From positions 1 to 64,000 of the IMG/VR virus record IMGVR_UViG_3300044701_002822: a stretch of 64,000 bases of DNA. One strand, 5' to 3'. Of the stretch, positions 57,486 to 64,000 are shown one piece after another. The notes under the pieces were generated by a model that saw nothing but the letters and a program-made list of their open reading frames with translations, was not told the origin of the DNA and made no database searches. The first letter of the stretch is position 1. Each line of letters opens with the position of its first letter. This stretch comes from a virus. Position numbers and translations under genes: made by a program.

Positions 57486-58449
57486 GTATTCTCTCTTTGG
57501 GTATAATAATGTCTGTTCCGCAATGACAGTGTTCTTTATTACATATAACAGGTTTTAAATCAAATGTCAAGTTTTCATCTAATATGTTGCCGTGGCGATT
57601 TCCTACACCGCAACTTGCACTGCTAATTTGTCCAATAGGATTTATAAAAAGTGCATCATCTACATAACATTTCCACCCACTAAAAAAGTTTTGTCTGTCA
57701 GCAATAATTTTATTACTGTTTGTGGATTCTATTACTCCATTGTCATAATGACTAATACTAATAGCACTGTTTTCTCTATAAGGTTTTGGTAAACGCATCA
57801 TAGTTTCAAATCTTGCGTTTTCTAGAAACTCTACTTTTGCAGGATCATCATATTTCCACGGTCCAGCATTCACACTCATTTCATCAAACAGAGGTGTCCA
57901 TTCTAAGTTATAGTTAGGCACTTCGTTACGTACACGTTCACCAAACTCGGCTACTTCCCAAAAACGTTCTTCGTGCATCAACATCTTGGTGCAAAGATAA
58001 TCTACCTTATCGCAAAGAAAACGTGCATTTTCAATATAACGATCTTTTTTACTAAATTCAACATGAAAACTTGCAACAATGTCATCAAATAACTTGTAGT
58101 GTTCTTCCCAATAACGCAATGGTCGTGACAGGTTTGTATTAACTGCCACTGTTAAACTATTTCCTAGCCAACCTTTTAGATGCTGTGTTAATGGAATAAA
58201 GTTTTCCCAATGCGTAGGCTCGCCGCCACTGTAAAATATTTTAAAATGTTTGTAGCCACGATCTTTGTATTGTTGGAAAATATTAGTAACATTTCTAATA
58301 TAAACATCTAAGTTACTGTTGTTACGACTGTCACCAGACCAGTTTCCTGGGTTACAATAGCTGCACTGAAAATTGCAAAAATTGTTTACTTGCCAAGTAA
58401 TAGTTGCATACGGTTCTGCAATAGGAGTAATTTTTACTAACTTAGACAT
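57475..58449 (-). CDS. Radical SAM protein (W-x-x-x-x-x-CxxxCxxC subfamily)
   Basis: WQVNNFCNFQCSYC, SGGEP, SFH, FSGWKC, CNKEHCHC. Confidence 0.93.
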   Translation of the reverse strand: MSKLVKITPIAEPYATITWQVNNFCNFQCSYCNPGNWSGDSRNNSNLDVYIRNVTNIFQQYKDRGYKHFKIFYSGGEPTHWENFIPLTQHLKGWLGNSLTVAVNTNLSRPLRYWEEHYKLFDDIVASFHVEFSKKDRYIENARFLCDKVDYLCTKMLMHEERFWEVAEFGERVRNEVPNYNLEWTPLFDEMSVNAGPWKYDDPAKVEFLENARFETMMRLPKPYRENSAISISHYDNGVIESTNSNKIIADRQNFFSGWKCYVDDALFINPIGQISSASCGVGNRHGNILDENLTFDLKPVICNKEHCHCGTDIIIPKERIHGL

Positions 58450-59731
58450 ACTTTCTTAACCACTCCATTTCTGGAAACACATTCCAAAAATCTTCTTGCC
58501 GATGTTGATCTAACCCATGGTTTTTTTCGAAAAACTGTTTTAATTTTTCTTGGTCTAGTTTTCCTGCATTCATAAATTGAATGACACTATCAATTTTGCC
58601 AAGTACGTCCTTAACTACACCTGGCTTTGCAATAATACGATCTTTGATCTTATCATATGCCCATGCTTTGTAGTCAATATACTTTGCTCGTAATTCTATT
58701 TTTACATCTTCAGGAATATTATCAATACGCATAAAATCTGGTCCAGTAAGCACATTAAGTCTACAGTTTTCAATATCTACCAATCCACGTTCTACCCAAT
58801 CCATATGAAAGTCTGGCCAATTCCAAGCGTTATACAAACTGATAGTAGGCGTAAGTTCAAAATAAACGTGCGGCAATTGTTCGAGCATTTCGATTCTGTT
58901 GCGTTCTATTTGCTGCCAATCAGTGCCGTGACGTATAAATTCAGCTCTTGCACCATTGGCATCAAGGCTTGCACTAACTTGTATGTCTTGGAAACTTTTC
59001 CAATAGTGGATGATACTTTTCTTTTTAAAACGTAAATTGCTAAAGTTTGTAGTATAACGCAATCTTACATCTGTTTTGCCTGCTGCAATCCATTCATCAA
59101 GTATTTTGTAGTGTTCGTTTGTAATCAAAGGTTCGCCGCCGGCCCAATACACTTCTTCTACATCCGGCAAATATTTTTGCAGTTGATCCCAATAATTCTG
59201 ATGTTTAGCAATATTAACAATGATGCTACCGTCGTTACGTAATATGTTAGCAACTTCATGCTCGCCATATAGTTCGCCGTGTTCTTGAGCATGTAAACTA
59301 CTAAGTTCAGGACCACAAGTTCTGCACTTCATGTTACAGATATTGCTGAATCTAATGTCCATGTATGCCATACGCATATCTGATTCAGGAATACTACCAT
59401 CAGATGCAGTCTTTTCAACCAAGTCAAAATGTTTATCACCAAACCACTGATTGTGATTTTTACGCAGTGTCCAAATATATGTGCTGTCTTCTAATTCGTA
59501 GCAACGTCTGCAACAGTCGAGTTTTTTACCTTCCAGCATAGCAAGACGTAGTTCTTTGTAGCGTTCACTGTTCCATACTTGCTCGATAGTGCCTTCTTTA
59601 ACATTACCAAAAGGTTGATCGCTATCTGCAATACAGCAAGGCATTGCACGACCATCTGGCCATACGTGCATATGAATCCAAGGTAAAATACAAAAGGCTT
59701 TGTTTTCGTTTAGTAATATATCTTTAAGCAT
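58442..59731 (-). CDS. Radical SAM protein with N-terminal twitch-like domain
   Basis: FCILPWIH...PCC...CRRC; CNMKCRTC; AGGEP. Confidence 0.93.
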   Translation of the reverse strand: MLKDILLNENKAFCILPWIHMHVWPDGRAMPCCIADSDQPFGNVKEGTIEQVWNSERYKELRLAMLEGKKLDCCRRCYELEDSTYIWTLRKNHNQWFGDKHFDLVEKTASDGSIPESDMRMAYMDIRFSNICNMKCRTCGPELSSLHAQEHGELYGEHEVANILRNDGSIIVNIAKHQNYWDQLQKYLPDVEEVYWAGGEPLITNEHYKILDEWIAAGKTDVRLRYTTNFSNLRFKKKSIIHYWKSFQDIQVSASLDANGARAEFIRHGTDWQQIERNRIEMLEQLPHVYFELTPTISLYNAWNWPDFHMDWVERGLVDIENCRLNVLTGPDFMRIDNIPEDVKIELRAKYIDYKAWAYDKIKDRIIAKPGVVKDVLGKIDSVIQFMNAGKLDQEKLKQFFEKNHGLDQHRQEDFWNVFPEMEWLRKYV

Positions 59732-60950
59732 CTAGCATCTCTTTTAATTCTGGAAATACACTTACAAAACTTTCATTGCGGATTTCGTCTCGTCTCTTTA
59801 CATGATGTTGAAAATCAGTTTTATATTCGTTCCACTGATCTTCTTCATTGGTAAAATTAATAGCATCATTTACATGTACTCCTTGATACCAATCATTAGT
59901 AATCATAAAATCGTAAACTTTTTTTAGTTTATCCGATCCTACTTTTTTAATCGACGACGGTAAAATTTTAGAACAGTAGTATGTAGGAGTTAATGCACGA
60001 TAGATACTAATCATATCTTTTTGTCTTAACAAGCAGTTTTCAATCATGTAAAAAAGAAACTCGTCCATTGTAGCATAATTAAATGCACTCAAAACAGTAT
60101 TAAACTGAAAGTCAATATAGTCAACATCTCTGATACTTTTTAAGTTCTGTTCTACTACGCCCCAGTCAGTTCCGTGCCGCAAATACTCAGCACGTTCCCC
60201 GTAATGATCGAGACTTGCTGAGATTTCTACACGTTTAAACTTACTCCACATGTTCATTATGTCGTATTTTTTATATTTAAAATTACTCATGTTAGTGTTA
60301 TAACGAAGTGTAATACGTTTGTTTGCACCTGTGCGAATCATTTCTTCTAGAATAACATAATGCTCGTCTGTGATAAGAGGCTCACCGCCTGCAAAGTATG
60401 CAAGATCCATATGACACACTTGCGATTTAATTTCTTCTAATAAGGCACCTGTACTATCGGCATGTTGGATAATTCTATAATCAGGAGGCGTCCAATCGTG
60501 TTGCTTCATTTCTTGAGCCCACTGACTGCTGAATTCGCTACCGCATGTACGACACTTAAAGTTACAGATATTACTAAATCTCACATCAAAATATTTCATT
60601 TTGAATTCGGGTACAGTGCCATCCGATTGTGTAGTTGTTACAACTTCGTCAAAGTCTTTACCAAAATGTTCAATGCTATATTTGCGAAAACTAAACGGCG
60701 ATGTTTCTTCATGTTTATAACAGTAGTCGCATATGCTGCTTTTTTTACCTGCAAGCATGTCTAAACGGAGTTGACGTATCTTATCTCCATTGAATACTTC
60801 TTTTAGACTTTTTCCCTTGATGTTGTCAAACGGTGCAGTATAGTCTGAACTACAGCACGGATAAACATTACCCAACGGTGTAACATTCATATGTACCCAA
60901 GGAAACATACAAAATGTTTTACTTTCGTTTAATAACTTTTCTTTATCCAT
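59724..60950 (-). CDS. Radical SAM protein with N-terminal twitch-like domain
   Basis: FCMFPWVH...PCC...CDYC; CNFKCRTC; AGGEP. Tandem paralogue of 58442. Confidence 0.93.
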   Translation of the reverse strand: MDKEKLLNESKTFCMFPWVHMNVTPLGNVYPCCSSDYTAPFDNIKGKSLKEVFNGDKIRQLRLDMLAGKKSSICDYCYKHEETSPFSFRKYSIEHFGKDFDEVVTTTQSDGTVPEFKMKYFDVRFSNICNFKCRTCGSEFSSQWAQEMKQHDWTPPDYRIIQHADSTGALLEEIKSQVCHMDLAYFAGGEPLITDEHYVILEEMIRTGANKRITLRYNTNMSNFKYKKYDIMNMWSKFKRVEISASLDHYGERAEYLRHGTDWGVVEQNLKSIRDVDYIDFQFNTVLSAFNYATMDEFLFYMIENCLLRQKDMISIYRALTPTYYCSKILPSSIKKVGSDKLKKVYDFMITNDWYQGVHVNDAINFTNEEDQWNEYKTDFQHHVKRRDEIRNESFVSVFPELKEMLDA

Positions 60951-62325
60951 TTGCTGCATCCTTACACAGTTGGAAGAAATCTGACATTTCTGGAAATGCA
61001 GATTCAAAATCTAGACTACGTCTACGATCTTGCTCTTTAAAAAAGTTCCAAAAATCTTTACGTCCTTCGAGTATGCGTTGAGGAGTATACTCTGTGGTTT
61101 TCATATAGTCAACTACACGTCTAAACTTTTCATATTCCAAATTACTAAAATGATGCTTGCTACCTTCTTTTACATGATACTTGATAAAGTCCAAATGACT
61201 TTCCATATACGGCATGTAATTTTCCTTAGGAAGTATATTCATATCATATTGTAGAGGCTCTTTGAGATAAGGAGTATCAAAATGAATACGTTGCCAACGT
61301 CCGCTGTCAACATCATTATATTTGCTTCTCCATTCCAACATTTTTTCTAGCAAACTTTGAAATGTTGTAACACTGAACAAATTAAATGTAATCATAAATG
61401 TTACAGGTGCGGTAGTATTGAGCATGAAATAATCTAAATTACGTTCAAATACTTCAAGGTCAAGTCCATCACGAATATATTCAGCACGTGGTCCCCAGGT
61501 GTCAACACTGGTAAACAACTTAAACTGCTTGATTTTATTCTGTGTCAGCAAACTGTTTACACTGTCGGTAAACTTTTCAAGTTGCTTTTCTTTGCCGCCA
61601 AGGTTGCTGTTAACATTCAACTCAAGATGCGGCTTTGGTTCTTTTTCTAGTTCTTCAAACAGTCGGTACGTGCTTTTTTGAATAGTAGGCTCGCCGCCTG
61701 TAATACGCAGGATGTTTAGTGTCTTGCTAACTTCCGGCCACCATTTCCACCAAGCACGTACATAAGGATTCGAATCTTCTTCGTAGATACGGAACCAGTC
61801 AATGTCATTGCGATGATTGCGAACATTGGTGTAAGGACCGTGTTGACGTATTTCGTTGTAGTAACGACTGCTAGCCTTGGGATGGCAATACCCGCAACGG
61901 AAATTACACTCGTTGCCAAATGAAATTTCAATGTACTCAGGATTTACGTTAAAGTCCCAGGGATTAAATTTTACTTCCTGCAAACGTTCTTCATTGTAGA
62001 TACTGCCACTGCGAATGTGACGATCACTGATGTAATCTTCACCCATGTTTTCAATATTCCAGCAGTACTGACAACCAACACACTGCTTGCCTTCTAACAT
62101 CTCTTTGCGTTCTTGCTTTTTTTGTTTTGTGTTATGCAACGCACTAGGATTGGTTAGTAGCTCATCTACATCAATTTGATGCGGAGCAGGGTGATAACAA
62201 CTGTGTGTTTCACCTGTTTGCAGATAGATTGTTGTATGATACCATTTAGCAAAACAAAATGTTGGACTAAAATGACGTTTTGTAATACCGTTAATTGTTT
62301 TTAAACGATCTTCATTCAATGACAT
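60943..62325 (-). CDS. Radical SAM protein with N-terminal twitch-like domain (His variant)
   Basis: FCFAKW...HSCYHP...CQYCW; CNFRCGYC; TGGEP. Confidence 0.93.
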   Translation of the reverse strand: MSLNEDRLKTINGITKRHFSPTFCFAKWYHTTIYLQTGETHSCYHPAPHQIDVDELLTNPSALHNTKQKKQERKEMLEGKQCVGCQYCWNIENMGEDYISDRHIRSGSIYNEERLQEVKFNPWDFNVNPEYIEISFGNECNFRCGYCHPKASSRYYNEIRQHGPYTNVRNHRNDIDWFRIYEEDSNPYVRAWWKWWPEVSKTLNILRITGGEPTIQKSTYRLFEELEKEPKPHLELNVNSNLGGKEKQLEKFTDSVNSLLTQNKIKQFKLFTSVDTWGPRAEYIRDGLDLEVFERNLDYFMLNTTAPVTFMITFNLFSVTTFQSLLEKMLEWRSKYNDVDSGRWQRIHFDTPYLKEPLQYDMNILPKENYMPYMESHLDFIKYHVKEGSKHHFSNLEYEKFRRVVDYMKTTEYTPQRILEGRKDFWNFFKEQDRRRSLDFESAFPEMSDFFQLCKDAANG

Positions 62326-63254
62326 TAATTTTCACGATCTATAAATTGTTGTTGTGCGGTTCTTGCAGGATTTTGATATACTGTTTTAAAAAAGAGGCTG
62401 CCGCCAGCATCCAAAGGCGTGATACCGATTGGAAGATCTAGCTCTGCCTTTAACTTATCGCCGTAATCTTCGATTGCTTCTATCAAGTTTTCTTCGTTAA
62501 CAGTAAGCTCTAGATTTTTCCACATGTTATTTAGATAATCGAAATCACGTACATTTACAAAGTCCCAATCAGTAAGCATTGTCATGTATAGACCTTGTCT
62601 AGCACCATAGATTGCCCACAGACCATTTTCTACATCTGCACCAACCATCAACCAAATGTAAAGTCTATGAAGATTTTTCCAATGATTTTTTTGGAATTCA
62701 TTGATAGTTACTCGTAAACCGCGATCCAATGCCATTTTAACACCTTCTCTAAATCCAGCACGCCATGCCTGATGCGGTGTAGCGTTGTTGTAGATTTCAC
62801 TATAACAACTGTTCATTTGAATGTATTCAATGTCCCAACAAAAGTCTACTTGTGCGTGTTGATTATTAGGATCTGCGTTTTCGTGTGTACGCATATTTAA
62901 AACATACTCTTTTGGCCAGCATTTTAGGCCGCCGTTTCCGTACATTAATCCATTAATTGTATTGCGGGCTGTCCAACTAATAACACACTTTTCTAGATCT
63001 TTGTTTTCATCGAAATCGAATTCTTTAGTAAGGAATTCTGCATTGACAATATTATCGCCATCAACTGTAATAAATCTGTCAGTTTCAGAAAGTCTAGCAC
63101 AAGCCTTGTGTGCAGCATCACTGCCTTTGACACCATGTACACGTTTTGCCCATGGAATTTTTTTACACAAATTTGCGTAATTTTCTTCTGCGTTTGGTTC
63201 ATCATAGCTTAGATAGATAATATCGTAATCTAAAACTTTGAACTTGTTGCTCAT
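62325..63254 (-). CDS. GT-A-like glycosyltransferase (single-domain paralogue of the 969-aa protein)
   Basis: YDIIYLSYDEPNA, RVHGVKG...AH, VDGDN (DxD), YGNGGLK, AWRAGFRE. Confidence 0.65.
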   Translation of the reverse strand: MSNKFKVLDYDIIYLSYDEPNAEENYANLCKKIPWAKRVHGVKGSDAAHKACARLSETDRFITVDGDNIVNAEFLTKEFDFDENKDLEKCVISWTARNTINGLMYGNGGLKCWPKEYVLNMRTHENADPNNQHAQVDFCWDIEYIQMNSCYSEIYNNATPHQAWRAGFREGVKMALDRGLRVTINEFQKNHWKNLHRLYIWLMVGADVENGLWAIYGARQGLYMTMLTDWDFVNVRDFDYLNNMWKNLELTVNEENLIEAIEDYGDKLKAELDLPIGITPLDAGGSLFFKTVYQNPARTAQQQFIDREN

Positions 63255-63838
63255 TTGGTTACCTCGTGTAGATAAGTTTCTAATCTCTTTGTAGTATATA
63301 CACTTAATGCAGTTGGGTCAAGTTCTATTTCGGATTCAAATTCAAATTCAACATAGTCGTTGACTAATAATTCAACAATACGCATAGTAAAAAATTTTTC
63401 CAACTGATGAGGATCATTATAACGGGTAATACTAAAAGTTAACGTTTTATCAAGATGAATTTTTTTTGTTTTAAAGTTTTCTTTAATTGCTTCATCTAAA
63501 CAAAATTGCCATTTTTTTCCTTTTATGTTTTGTATTACAACCAAGTCTGATCTATCAACCTTGTTTCTGGTAATTTTATGTACATCGACGTTTACATTAA
63601 GATTAATTTTTTCATTGTTAAACATATGTTTTAAAACATACGTTTTTTTAATTGTATCAAAGATTACTTGATAGTGCCAGAATTGTTCTTTTCCTGTAAG
63701 AATATTTTCAATTTCAAACAATTCAACTTGAATAAAATTTCCAGGTTCGGTGTTTGTATTCGAAACACTTATTAAATTTCCATTATCATCAAAGTAAACA
63801 TACTTTTGTGTAGGAATTTTTACAATAATATCATTCAT
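63251..63838 (-). CDS. Hypothetical protein
   Basis: 195-aa ORF, coupled to its neighbours. Confidence 0.75.
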   Translation of the reverse strand: MNDIIVKIPTQKYVYFDDNGNLISVSNTNTEPGNFIQVELFEIENILTGKEQFWHYQVIFDTIKKTYVLKHMFNNEKINLNVNVDVHKITRNKVDRSDLVVIQNIKGKKWQFCLDEAIKENFKTKKIHLDKTLTFSITRYNDPHQLEKFFTMRIVELLVNDYVEFEFESEIELDPTALSVYTTKRLETYLHEVTK

Positions 63839-63998
63839 AGTGTGTTTCCAAATAATTTTCGTAAATTGAAATTATTTCATCTGACATAAAATCTTTTTCT
63901 GTATAATGAAAAATTCCATTTTGTTTATAGTTGCCAATTTTTAAATTTAATTGCTTATCTAAGTATACGCCGACTTTGTCTTGCCACCGCTCAGTAAC
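63831..63998 (-). CDS. C-terminal end of a gene entering from the right edge
   Basis: Manual translation VTERWQDKVGVYLDKQLNLKIGNYKQNGIFHYTEKDFMSDEIISIYENYLETHYE*; overlaps the next start codon. Confidence 0.7.
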   Translation of the reverse strand, partial: VTERWQDKVGVYLDKQLNLKIGNYKQNGIFHYTEKDFMSDEIISIYENYLETHYE

Positions 63999-64000
63999 AT

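Noticed and set aside
643-62325. Naming the rSAMs moaA, pqqE, nirJ, anSME or viperin
   Set aside because: Only generic CxxxCxxC/GGEP motifs are shared, and none of the partner genes for those pathways is present.
1291-63205. Many 60-165 aa ORFs antisense or out of frame to the long genes (for example 5447-5914, 20011-20373, 38580-38966, 54098-54592)
   Set aside because: They lie almost wholly inside motif-bearing CDSs and show no recognisable motifs or promoters, so they are shadow ORFs.
1-64000. Stop-codon reassignment, as seen in some large phages
   Set aside because: Standard-code ORFs already tile the window almost completely with full-length domains.
1-64000. tRNA/ncRNA genes, intrinsic terminators, IS elements or introns
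   Set aside because: The largest intergenic gaps are only about 70 bp and are filled by promoter motifs. I saw no cloverleaf, hairpin-U tract, transposase or homing endonuclease.

Overview
An AT-rich window that is almost entirely coding: about 67 tightly packed or overlapping CDS, standard genetic code, and no tRNA, rRNA, CRISPR array or transposase that I can see. It most likely comes from a large tailed-phage genome, judged by T4-late-like TA(A/G)ATA-type promoter motifs (consensus TAARTA), one tail-fibre-like gene and the absence of housekeeping genes. Nearly all of it is one tailoring-enzyme island. It holds 25 radical SAM genes in five subfamilies (11 with an N-terminal twitch-like Cys domain, 6 W-x-x-x-x-x-CxxxCxxC type, 4 CxxxCPxC type, 1 SPASM-like and 3 cobalamin-binding) and about 11 2OG-Fe(II)/AspH-like oxygenases, one fused to a cold-shock domain. 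It also holds 3 QueC-like PP-loop ATPases, 3 kinase-fold proteins with an altered catalytic loop, about 6 glycosyltransferase-like proteins (one with 7 tandem degenerate GT-like repeats), 3 SGNH-like proteins, 2 methyltransferases, 2 SDRs, an NDP-sugar epimerase, a truncated DegT aminotransferase and an amidinotransferase. One Asp/Asn/Gly-repeat fibre-like gene sits inside the island and is a candidate substrate. The regulatory pattern can be read from the sequence: a TAARTA motif 4-5 nt before the ATG at 9 gene starts (suggesting leaderless mRNA), two sigma70 promoters (one perfect consensus, one a single mismatch away), a duplicated bidirectional promoter cassette, and a perfect 16-bp inverted repeat that encodes two divergent promoter-plus-start-codon units. 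Functional assignments come from motifs recognised by eye; no database search was run.
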